Shown here in pieces: positions 1 to 11,191 of a DNA stretch of 64,000 nt. The position numbers and the translations under genes are program-made. The notes beneath the pieces were generated by a model that was given only the letters and a program-made list of their open reading frames with translations, was not told where the DNA came from and did no database searches. Source of the DNA: Podarcis erhardii (Eukaryota); the NCBI GenBank assembly GCA_964252035.1, contig OZ176201.1; one strand, written 5' to 3'. Position 1 is the first letter of the stretch. Each line of letters opens with the position of its first letter.

Positions 1-488
1 TTTGGCAGTCTACAATCCTTAGTAACTACCTGTCTCTGTGCCTTGTCCATATTTGTAGACACCACTCCATTCATGTCCCCCATCAGAATCATATTGTAAT
101 CCAAATAGTCCATCAAAGTCTCGTGTAACTTCTTAGAAAAATCCGATTTTCCCTTGTTTGGTGCATAAATGCCTGCCAGCAAAAATTTCTCTCCTTGTGA
201 TTGGATTTCAATTGCAACAAATCTTCCTTGGTCATCTTTAAATAAAAATTTCGGTGATAGGCTCTCCTTTGCATAAAGTACTACTCCTCTTTTTTAAACT
301 TTGTCTGATGAAATAAATTCATGTCCCAATCTTTTATTGCTCAATACCTTCCTGTGTAGCCTTGTCACATGTGTTTCTTGTAGACAAATCAAGTCCAATT
401 GTTCTTTTTTTAATAAATGAAAGACTTTTCGCCTTTTTTCCGGGGAGTTCAGTCCATTAACATTCCAGCTTAATGCTTGCAGTGTCAT
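1..488 (-). pseudogene. L1 ORF2p N-terminal APE-like endonuclease domain (partial, one in-frame stop)
   Basis: ATG at 488-486 gives MTLQALSWNVNGLN...ICLQETH...SDKV*KRGVVLYAKES...LAGIYAPN...ILMGDMNGVV, open to the window edge. WNVNG, LQET, IYAPN and GD(M)N are canonical L1 endonuclease motifs. The TAA at 294-296 does not shift the frame. Confidence 0.92.
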
Positions 489-495
489 GATGTAG

Positions 496-1698
496 TTACT
501 TTGATTTTCCTCCAACTGCACCCAATGCTTGCTCTTGTTCTGTCGGTGGTGTTGGTATCACTTTCACTGGAGAGTCCAGTCCAAAAGATAGTGTTGCTAT
601 GTCCACTATTGGTGATCTTCTATCCAATACTTTTTGCTCTAGTCCTCTATCTGGTGATCTTCTGTCCGATGCTCCTGGCTCTTTTCCAAGTTCCTTCTGC
701 AGATCTCCTTCGTAGTTACTCAAAAACTTTTCTTTATCCTCAACTGATCTTATTTTTATTTTCCTTCCTTTGAAGCTGAAGGATAGGCCTTGGGGGAATT
801 CCCACCTAAAGAAGATTTTGTTCCTTCTCAGCAGGGCAACCAGATCTCCATAATTGGACCTAAGGTCCAAAAGATGTTTTGGGATATCTTTGAATATTTC
901 CACTCTTGACTGCTGTATTACCAAGGTCTTCTGATAGTGCCAACCCAAAATTTTATCTCTCTCTTCTTTAGATCGAAGTGTAATCAAACAGTCTCTCACT
1001 CTATTCTTCTTCCCTCCTCTTCCAAGTCTAAAGGCACTCACAATTTTAAATTCTTCTTGTTCCAAGTCCAAATCCCAAAACTCTGCAAATTCCTGCGTGA
1101 GAAAGTCTATCAAACTATCCTTCTCCAATTCCGGTACAGCTCTGATCCTCAAATTCGTCTGTTTTTCCTTAAGCTCAAACATAGAAAGCATCAACTTGTG
1201 GTCCTCAAGTTGCCTCTGTAGATCTGGGACTCTCTTTGTTTCCAATTGTGTTACCTTGACTTCCACGGCAGCAACTTTTTCCCTGGCTTCCTCTGCGGTC
1301 TGTCGGGTCAAAGTAGATTCCTGTATCAATTTCTGAATGCTTTCTATGTTGGTATTCACCTTTTGTCCCAAATTATTTATACTTTCTGTATTTAAATCGA
1401 TTTTAGTATTTGCAGCATCCACCTTCGCATTTGTCGCATCCACCTTCGCATTTGTCGCATCCACTTTCACATTTGTTGCATCAATCTTCTTATTGAGTTG
1501 CTCCAAAGATTCATTTATCTTACCTAATGCAATCGCTAGAGCTTCTTCTGATGGCATTCCTCTTAGTTTAGATTGCGTTCGTACAGCTGCAGGCAAGGCA
1601 GAAGGACCAGATGCTGACGCTCTTCACTGCCAAGACTTCCCAGATCTTGTTGTTTTGTCTGGGAGTGACGAATCTACTTTTTCTTTCCCATCTGCCAT
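496..1698 (-). pseudogene. L1 ORF1p (coiled coil + RRM + CTD), about 400 codons with one in-frame TGA at codon 25
   Basis: The 366-aa track ORF starts at TTG. An in-frame ATG in good Kozak context (GTTATGG) lies at 1698, 34 codons upstream, with one TGA at 1624-1626 between them. Motifs: heptad coiled coil, NLRIRAVPE, FKDIP, FRWEFPQGL. Confidence 0.85.
1394..1488. repeat. 21-bp tandem repeat encoding ORF1 heptads (KVDATNA)n
   Basis: GCATCCACCTTCGCATTTGTC is identical at 1415-1435 and 1436-1456, diverged at 1457-1477, with degenerate units on both sides. Confidence 0.92.
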
Positions 1699-2620
1699 AA
1701 CACTTAAAAAGTCCAAGGTCAGTCCCACAGTCCCACAGTTTTATCTTACTAGTGGAAAATTCCCCTGATCCAACTCTTATAACAATTTCAGAAACTTCCT
1801 CTAGGGGGAAACAGTTACAATCCGTACTTGTATTAATCCAAAATAACGCCTTTTAAAACAGCTCAAACAGGAAAGTTAGTTTCAATTTTCAGTTACTTTC
1901 CCTCCTTTTTAAGATCAGAAGAGGACAGCTAATAACAATGTATCTCTCTTACTCAGCTAGCGGTCAGCGGATGTTCTATTCACAGTCAGTGCACATTTCA
2001 AAGTACGGCAGTCTTATTGTTCTATTGGCAGCCCGTTCCCAGGTTCTGAGCAGTGGAATTTTAGCTTTCTTCCCTCTCTCTTGCAGGTATATATAGTCCA
2101 AAACTTCCCCCCTCTTCTCCTGCTTCCAAGGGGGGGATTTACTATTTTTTGGTGTTGAGAAATTAGTCCTTTCCGATCGGCTTTCCAAGGCTTTAGCTTG
2201 CAGCCTCTTTGCTTTAATCTATTTACAAAAGCGGAAGGCGGACTTCCTGTTTATACCTCCCCGCTACAGTACCGAATTAAGTCTTTTTTCTTCTTTAAAA
2301 GTTTCCAATTTGTTCTACTCACGGGTAGTTACTTTTAGAGTCAAATTGTCCACAGGAAAAAGTCAGCGCTCTCCAGCAACGGCTGTGCGGCTTCGCTCCG
2401 TGGAAAAAGCAGTTGATTCACAGCACCACGCTGCTCACCCCACTTCGCTCCGGAGCCCGAAGTCAGGTTTCCCTGCGAGTAGGGGAGGCGCAAAAGGTGC
2501 CCGCCAAATCCCACGTTCACAGGCTTCACCCGCCTGTGATTTTTGCGGGGTCTCCGCCTTCGCCGTGGCGGCCAGACCTGGTTCCTGCAGAGCAAATTCC
2601 TCCTGGTCAGAGGAATTCCG

Positions 2621-2650
2621 CCATTACCGATGGCGCTAACCCGGAAGTCC
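2621..2650 (-). promoter_or_regulatory. Putative L1 internal Pol II promoter start
   Basis: ETS/GABP-type CCGGAAGT (2641-2648) next to a YY1-like CGATGGCG (2628-2635) at the element's 5' terminus, within CpG-rich sequence. Function is inferred. Confidence 0.5.
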
Positions 2651-2792
2651 GCAACTAGACTGTTGGATTAATGGAAGGACTGATACATTCTTTCATCTGA
2701 ATCCTCAAAGTGTTTTTTCTTAATGTCACATATACTTTTTGTTTTTTACAGTTACTTATTCTTATATAATTTTTGCAGTATAAGCTCCGTAC

Positions 2793-2853
2793 AAAATAAT
2801 GATGATGATGATGATGATGATGTATACCCTGCCCATCTGGCTGGGTTTCCCCA
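2793..2853 (-). mobile_element. Short L2-type 3' tail with (ATG)8 microsatellite
   Basis: Minus strand GGGGAAACCCAGCCAGATGGGCAGGGTATA matches the tail at 63140-63175. (ATG)n at 2799-2822. Confidence 0.55.
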
Positions 2854-5800
2854 AAAGCATTACCCAAAACATAACAGGTATTTATTTATGTTTATATACA
2901 CGGACTCTAGAAAATACCTCTCATGCAATTCACATGGTTGGGAAGATGTCATTCTTTCTTTTCTTTTCTTTTCCACCAGAACTGCCATGTCTTCTGTCTT
3001 TGTAGCTGTATGAATATGAGTGGGTTGTTTTCAGACAGCTGGATCCTTCTTCCCTTCTGCCGTAAAACAGATTTCATTCCGGCTTGGGGTTATCAACCCC
3101 ATCATGCTAAATGATACTGCACATAGTAGTGTCAGGCCCTATTTGTCTTCTTGGCAGAGCCTTGACAGAAATTGGTCCCTTGAATTTTTTGTATTAGTAG
3201 GCTATATGTATATAACAAGCTATTTATTTATTTTTCAAGATTTCAAGTGACTCATTCTAGGAATGTATAGTGGGAGGAAATAATGTTGTCAATAGTTATA
3301 TGAAGACATGAATATGAAAAACTGAAAAATGATGACACTTAAATGTTAAATCATTTACAGATCTGCCCACGTTATATAATCAATGCTGTGTTTGCATCAC
3401 AGGTAAATTTACTCACATTTTTGGCACAAGGAAAAGAATAGATAATGAATAAATTACCATCTTTGTGCACATGGAGTAAATCTGAGCCACAGCTTCCAGT
3501 TTAGTCCTTTATTGTTGCTGTTCCAATAAGAACTGCAGAAACATATGCTCTTATGGCATAAGAGAGTTTGTACATTTGCATAATTGTAAAAATTAAATAG
3601 GAAACTGCAAGAATGGTGATTATTGCAAGCTGTTGGGACTAATTCAGCAGCAACATGGCACAATCAGTGCAAGGATACCTTCTCAGCTTTAGAATTCAGT
3701 GGCAGGTTGCATAAGCAAATATTGTACCATATTCATTTCCCATAAATTATTGGTTCCACTGAATTGGGATTCATTCTGCAGAACCACAGTTCTCTCAGTG
3801 TGATTTTGAATTGCAATGAAGCACCTGGTGTAGTTGTAGTATATACTGTGGGTCAATATTTGGACTATCAAAAGAGGGGGGAAAGTGCAATAGACAGATG
3901 GTCAAATCTTGAAACGCAATCCAAGAACTGGTAGGAACAGAGTCAGAAGCAGAGGACTATGCTTAGTAATGGCAGAAGACAAGTCCAGGAGTTTGGTCCT
4001 AGGAAGTTAACAAACTCTGAGGCCTAGAAAGCAGCAGTGAGATGGGAGATCTCCAGTAGGAAGATTATCAAATTGTTGTTGATCAAAAGTCAATACTAAG
4101 TCTGATTTATTAAGTCATCCTCTCTCTGGGAGTAGCAAGGAGAGACTAAAGGACACAGAATGGGAAGAAATGTGCTGTGTTAGAAACATTCAAGGAAGAT
4201 GTCCATCTTTCCTTGTGAAAAAAACTTGCTTATCTGTCTTAGTAAAAAGAATGAGTTGTCTTGTTAGTCATTCTAGCTCCTCTAACCAAGACTTCATTAA
4301 CGGGGGCGGGGGGGGGAGTTATTTATTTCACAGGGCCACAATACTTTCCCAGTAGCAAGTAAATCTGTTCTGACAGATGCCAGACTGAGCACTAGCAGTC
4401 CTGGATTCCAGGTCCAACTATCCACATGAATCTACAACAAAGTGTTTCTCTCACATCTTTTATACACAGTTTAAATGCCGCAGGATTATTCCTTTCCCCA
4501 CGTAACTCTGGTTTCTAGGCATTTTAAGAGTGGCATGGTTTTGTGAGCACTAATGATTACATTTAACAGCAGCATGGCAACACACGTTTGAGCATATCCA
4601 ACTGAAAACATAATCAGGTAACCAAAGGAGAACAATTATCTGTCATACTAATTGGCAAGTTCCTTTTAACCTTTAATTAACTGTGAATTTTCAATGGGTC
4701 TGAATGGTCTTGTTAGATGTCTCACTGATAGAAGGTCACAGAAATACCTTTTTTCCTGATTGCACAGATACAATATAAATAAAATATAGGGACATGTAGG
4801 CACTATAAGGCCATCGTCCTCATTTGCTCTTTGAAGTACATAAAGTATGTAAATCTTATGTGGTGGGAAGGCCTAGTGCTGCCAGGAGTTTGTTTTGCTT
4901 CTTTTTTAAAAAAACACACACAAACCTTTCTATCTTCAAAAGAAAATTCAAATAGATTTTACATTCACAGTTTGTTTCTTTTGGCACATTTTTGATACAA
5001 TCAGCAACCACTACTTGAAAGGTTTAACACTGATTAGCATACTACTAATGTGCCTTCTTCAGATGACATCCTAGAGATTATTCCCTGTAGGGCAAAGGTT
5101 AAGATACAGCAAAAAATAAAAATAAATGTTATTTTCCTTTGCACTTCTCTATTCAGCATACTGCTTTTAAGATGCTCCCTTTTGGTAAAGGGCTCATAAG
5201 AAATCAGCAGCAAGGACTACACATTTAAAGTAGATACACCTGTTACTTGAGCAGATAGGGAACTTTACATGTAAAATATGAATTTACGTGTTTGATTTCT
5301 TGATTGTAGTGATATTCATGTTTTGCTCATATGTGGTAGGGATGGAGTACAAAAGATTGCCCTCTTTCCTTCTAGTCTGGAATACTCACTACTTTACACC
5401 TTTGGCTTTTTTTAAAAAAAGGTGAATGCTTTAGAGAAGAAGATGTGGTACCTTTATAATAGTTTATTGGGATCAGGAGGACATTGTTCACGCAAGATGT
5501 CACACAAAAACTGGTACCCAATGAGTATAACTTCAAATGGTGATTTGTAATTCTGAAATGATCACCACATACCATCGTAAACAATATATTCATTGCACTT
5601 CATATTTCAATGGAAACAATTCATACATTTAGCAAAAAGTGATGTGGATCGAAAGGATGTACAAATCACACTTAAGATTTCATTTTTCTGTTCTTTTACT
5701 CCTTTTCTAGAAAATAGCCAGGAGGGAAACAATATATTAGGTAAAGTATTTTACCTTAGAGGGGAAAGACTTGTTTGGGAAGCTCAGTCAACAAGTTCTA

Positions 5801-7939
5801 CAAGCATGCTTAACGGTGATGGCTACATTAGGATTTTGTAGGGTTTTCCTTCCAGATTGGATTGGCTAAGTAAACTGAGATGCATGCAAGTAACAAAAGA
5901 CCACTCTGTGGCTTGTTGGTGAAGAGTGGGTAATAAATTTCATCATGATGATGATACATCAAATTGTCAGTCAAAAAAGTGGTCCTCATCCTAGTATACC
6001 ATTAAACTTCAATCAATTGCCAGTTCTGTAAAAGGATTCTCTTTTTCCCTTCTTGATGAAACAGTCCTCCTTTTCTTCTGCCATCCCCATCGCTTACACA
6101 GCAAGATCTTAAATTTAGGAATATTGGCTGCTCAGACTGTTTTGCCTCTACAGCCATAGGCATAAGCCCCCCCCCCCGGGGTGTATGCTTACTTAGGAAT
6201 GAATGAAAAATTGAGCCTGTTCTGTTGAGTTTTCATTTGTTCTCAAACAGAAAAAAGCACTGAATGACACATGGCACCAGGAGGAAGGCAACATTTGCTC
6301 CAAGCTTCAGAGGGCTAAGTTGGCTGGAGGACCCTGCCAGGGACAGGCTCTTTTCTTTTGTTTGAGTTTATAACTTTCTTCTAGCAAAGTTGCCTCAGAC
6401 AAACTCTGCACAGCACCAATGGGTTCCGTTTTGACCACCGCATTTGTGGCTGTTAGTCAATCATATTCATCCATCACTTATCTTTCTCTGATGTGATCAG
6501 CAGCAAGCAGAATTTGTTTTGATAAACCCTGCAGGCTTCTTTGTTCCCAAGAATTTTGGTGAAGGGGATGAAATGGAGTCCACTACTGGGAAGTGCCTTT
6601 TTTTTAATGACAGCTGCCACCATCCAAGAACAACATTCTGGGAAAATAAAATGGTGGCTAGAGTGAGCAGCTACTAATAGAAATTCTGTTGCCACAGTAT
6701 TAAGAAAGCCCTCCTTTCTCAATAAATGACCCTGCATCAAATTTTCAAAGCAACATTGTGAACCCCCACAGCCTCCCATTGTATTTCCAGTCCTGCTAAA
6801 AATGCCTGAGTGCTCTCTCTGACTCGGCCTCTCAGCTGAATCTGTAGCAACACTGTTTGTCTGCTCATCTCACTACCTGAAGGGTTCCCTTCGAAAGGTG
6901 GTTATTAACATTCAATTGAAGCCATTAGCTCCCATTCAGAGAATATTTAACGGATCAGCCCTGATCACAGGAACCAATCAGCTCAAGAAAGAATGCAACC
7001 ATAATGCCATCTTGGCTCAGTGGTTTGGATTAGATGTACAATGAGATGTAGTTCCAGGGTGCTGTAATTCCAGGATCTGAGAGGCAAATATTTTAACTGC
7101 TTGCTTCATTCTCTCCAGTTGTATTTTAAATTAAAATCTATGTCCTCTGGTCTAAAACTGCATCACACTAAGTACGGCATAGTCTAAAACTGTCAAATCC
7201 TTTGCCTGAGTAAATTCATGTGGCTGCTAGCTATACCTAGTATTTACCGTACTTAAGATTCATGCTGAGGACCATAATTCACCTTTAACCACAAAACAGA
7301 ATTTATTTAATTTATTTTTTTGCTTATAGGCCTTTGTTCATCATATCAAATGTAGGTCCTTCAAGGACATGATCTAGTTTAGAACACAAGAAGAGAAAAC
7401 AACACAAGGCTGTACCTGGGCATACAGTGAACTCCCTGAAGCAATCAACAGATCTACAGATATTTTTAACTAACACTTGACATAAAATATGCCATAGGTT
7501 ATAGCATACCACCACCCCCTCTCTTCTTCAACTAACAACTCAGCTTTCTTTTCTGAAGGCAAAGGAACCTAGGGACTGATTAGTCAACAACAACAGCTTT
7601 CAAAGTCTTCACGACAGTCAAAATAACTCTCTTTTTTTCAAATGTGCAAATCTCAAGGGCATGTTTTCAGTGATTCATTCCCTGCCACATGTGAGCAGAG
7701 CCAGCAAAACATGTTTTATTGAGATTTTGGACTCAAGCTATCAAACTGTTGTTTGACATTCTCCAGCCCAAACCCACCCTTCTGTCCAGCTTGAACATGC
7801 TCATAAGCGGAGGAAACTCAAAGACAACAAAGCATATTTGAATAAACAACTAGACAGGATGCAAAACCATGCTACTGAAACCAAACAGCAGATTTCCAGA
7901 AAAATTAACATTGTCTCCTGTGTTCAAGTCCCAAGTAGT

Positions 7940-8189
7940 AGAAGAAGAAGAGTTTGGATTTGATATCCCGCCTTTCACTCCCTTTAAGGAGTCTCAAAGC
8001 GGCTAGCATTCTCCTTTCCCTTCCTCCCCCACAACAAACTCTCTGTGAGGTGAATGGGGCTGAGAGACTTCAAAGAAGTGTGACTGGCCCAAGGTCACCC
8101 AGCAGCTGCATGTGGAGGAGCGGAGACGCGAATCCAGTTCCCCAGAATACGAGACTACCACTCTTAACCACTACACCACACTGGGTCTC
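7940..8189 (-). mobile_element. Squam3-like (MIR/Ther1-derived) tRNA SINE
   Basis: Head GAGACCCAGTGTGGTGTAGTGGTTAAGAG (A box), CORE-like GGGTGACCTTGGGCCAGTCAC, and tail GCTTTGAGACTCC...CTCTTCTTCTTCT. Confidence 0.85.
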
Positions 8190-8679
8190 ACTGTAAATGA
8201 TCTTAGAGTCTTTGATTTGCACTCTCTTAATTCAGATTCCAACTGAGGGATGCTGTTGCTAACAAAGTTGCATCCACACTACCGAGGGACTGGCATTTGC
8301 AAGCAGCTGGAAATATGGACAAGACATTTAGTTCCCTGTGATCCAAAATGCAGTGCTTGATGCCCATTGCAATGTATCAGTATCCATCCCCACAACATTG
8401 GGAAAATGTTTACTGTGCAAGCAAAGAAGTCCAAGCATTAGCTCCTTGTTTTTAATTTTATACATAGTTGCACCTTGCTGCAAATTCCCTCCTACCCTGT
8501 TTTGCTTCCCATCTAGGCCTTGCAGACTCCATAGGCTTGAGGGATGAATAGGTAAAAATGCTGGGGTGGCAGGACTAGTCCACTAATCCATGCACAGTCC
8601 CACATGCCCTTTTATGCTACCGTCCTATGTGCTATGTGGGAGTAAGCCCCAATTGAAGACAATGAGCCTTACTTTAGAC

Positions 8680-8815
8680 CAGGCATAGGCAATCTCGACC
8701 CCCCCAGATGTTTTGGGACTACAACTCCCATCATCCCTAGCTAACAGGACCAGTGGTCAGTGATGATGGGAATTGTAGTACAAAACATCTGGAGGGCCGA
8801 GTTTGCCTATGCCTG
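8680..8815. mobile_element. hAT-type MITE, 136 bp
   Basis: TIRs CAGGCATAGGCAA / TTGCCTATGCCTG, perfect 8-bp TSD CTTTAGAC (8672-8679, 8816-8823), palindromic body. Confidence 0.93.
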
Positions 8816-9406
8816 CTTTAGACTGAGTTAACATTCCTTGTGCGGGCTGTCCTAGGTGCCCCATCACTGACACTAGAGCAGTCTCTTCCACCTTCTTGAC
8901 ATCATTCCATCTGACTTTTCCAAGACTGCTAATGGAAATCCCCAAAATGGTGTGTCGGAGCAGGGCATCAGTGAATTTGGATCTCCAATCCCCCTACCCT
9001 AATCCCATTTGTGGCCAAATGTAGACAACGGATGAGAAACACAGTTTTCTTCACTGTGGTGTACAGACCAAGGTGTAATGCTGTGTTTCTAATGAGAAAC
9101 ATAGAGGCAACATGAAACAAATATTATTGCATTTAGTATCTCAGAGGCATCTATGTGGGCTGTCCTTAAAAGACTGTTCAGAAACTGCAGTTGGTCCAAA
9201 AGACAGCAGAAAGCTTACTGGCTGGGGTTCTGTTAAGAACTCCATCCTGTTTCTAAATAGCTGCATTTACTGTCACTTGGCTTCCAGGTCCAATTAAAGA
9301 TGCTCACAGTGGTGTTTAAAGCATTGGTGAAGGGCAGGATAGAAGTGCAAATAATTAATGCATGCCACACAAATGCAATCACACCAAGGCTAGAATCCTA
9401 GAGGCC

Positions 9407-9430
9407 AATTAATTAATTAATTAATTAATT
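9407..9430. repeat. (AATT)6 microsatellite
   Basis: Read directly from the sequence. Confidence 0.95.
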
Positions 9431-10543
9431 ACAGCCTGATTAATCCTTGGAAATGTGAAATGAAGCACACCTCTCTCGATTATTTGTGCTTGTCTCAGAG
9501 AGCATCAAACGCCAGGTGGCTAGTTTTGCTTTTGTACTGGTCTGTACTGAAGTTTGAGCATCGAGAACTTGGTGCTTGTTAGATCCAATGTTTCCTTTTG
9601 TATGTCACGGAAGTCTGGCTGCTTAAAATGGATGGAATGGAAGGGTTGCCACTAATTGTTTGAAACAATCATTTGCTGATTAGGAATAAAGCTGTGTTAA
9701 CCTGTTGCAGTTTCCTCTGGCAGATGCCATTGCTTTGTCCAGCAGCCTTTTATTTTCACAACAAACTGTCTTTCAGCAGGGAGGGGGAGTAGAATCTTTC
9801 ACATCTCTCCCCTGTTTATGTAATAGTAGGAAATCGCCCAGAAAGGAAATAGGTTCCGAGAAGTCATATTTAGAAATTTTTAAAATATGTGTACCCTTAG
9901 TGTGTCCCTTCATGCCAAATCTTAAAGTGCTTGCTCATTTCACAGGATGTTAGCAGTCTTTTGAGGGAGGTTCAACATGCAATATACAGCCCCGGTTTTT
10001 CCAGGACAGGCTTCTTGGTGCAGACATTCAGCTACCAGTGGGAAGGGGCCTTCAAAAACTATGAAGGAAAACACGCAGAAGGGGGAGGGACCAACAAGCC
10101 CCCACTTCTCTCTTGCATGCTAGTCATAACGGGGAGAGAAAATAATGATTGAATAAGGCTTCAGCTGGGTGGTTGCAGAAGACTAGGAGGTATTAGGAAA
10201 TGTCAAAAAACAACAACAACAAACAAACCCAACCCCATACAGTTTGGATGTTTGCTTTCTTTCAGGTGTGCTTATTACAAATATGAATGACAGCACTGAG
10301 CTTTCTTTCTTTTATTAAATGGCCATTGTGATGCATTGCCTAAAAGCTCTTGGGGAGTTTTCAGCTGTCACCTCCAGCCTTCCTGTCAACATGCTGATTG
10401 ATCTCTGGAATAAGGAATTGACTCTGGCAGTTGACCCAATTGCTCCAAGATATACTGGGGAGTTGCAGTCAATGAAGTGGTGTGGGTGATGACTAGACTG
10501 TATGTTGCAAAAGCAACAACACCATGACGCGTCTGACCATGCA

Positions 10544-11191
10544 TGTGATAGAACCTATTTGGAGGCCTGCTCGGTGGCAGTGATTATGACGGCAGTGAAA
10601 GATGCTCATTTCTCTGCCAAAAGAAACTTTCGGAGTGGCCAGGGGCTTTTCCAAACCAGCAGGAGGAACTTTCGCTTGCCCAATATCTTGCTAGATGCGC
10701 TTTGCAGAAAGAAGCATTTCATCTCCATTTTGACTTGAACCCATCACTGGAGGCAGGTCCTTTATTGGAAATGCCCCATGCACCAGCAAGTGACTTTTGC
10801 TTGAATAGGCTTTAGCTGTTAGCCACACACAGGCATTTGCTCCATGTGTTTAAGAAGGCCAGTCCCTGCAGGCTTTCCTGACCTGAGGTTGGGTGGGATG
10901 TGTCTTCTCATCTCTTAATGTAACACTGCTCCCCAGGAGACATCACCAGGTGCACTTCTTCCTCTGCACTCTCCTGTTCTGTCACCCCTAAACCCCACTC
11001 ATTCTCCATAGGTTGGGAAGGGCAAGACCTTAGGGTCCTGCTTCCTATAGTCCAGCTGCATCCACCAATCTCTGATGCATAGTCCCCCTCTTCTTATTCT
11101 GAGTCCTCATCCTCAAGTGCCTCCCACTCCTGCTCTGAATCTGAATCTGAATCTGAATCTGAAGGCCCAGAGAGAACCAGAACAAGTAACA
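10544..11191 (-). mobile_element. Possible old solo LTR
   Basis: TG...CA bounds, purine-rich minus-strand 5' part containing (GATTCA)4, AATAAA on minus at 10761-10766. No clean TSD. Confidence 0.3.

Larger units (their letters stand above)
1..2650 (-). mobile_element. L1-clade LINE, 5' portion of a full-length element (5'UTR, ORF1, start of ORF2); continues beyond position 1
   Basis: Minus strand begins GGACTTCCGGGTTAGCGCCATCGG at 2650. A CpG-rich 5'UTR of about 950 bp follows, then a coiled-coil/RRM/CTD ORF1 and an APE endonuclease ORF2. Confidence 0.93.

Noticed and set aside
477-1768. Plus-strand ORFs overlapping L1 ORF1 (477-773, 937-1221, 1097-1336, 1337-1768)
   Set aside because: Antisense shadows of an A-rich coding strand; no recognisable domains.
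2799-3005. Poly-Met/poly-Asp/poly-His ORFs; likewise poly-Ile (14809) and HT/CV-repeat ORFs (43051-43550, 44826-45195)
   Set aside because: Translations of microsatellites.
8130-8189. tRNA-like A/B boxes here and at 58534-58610, 42070-42135 and 47335-47360
   Set aside because: SINE heads without a complete cloverleaf; not tRNA genes.
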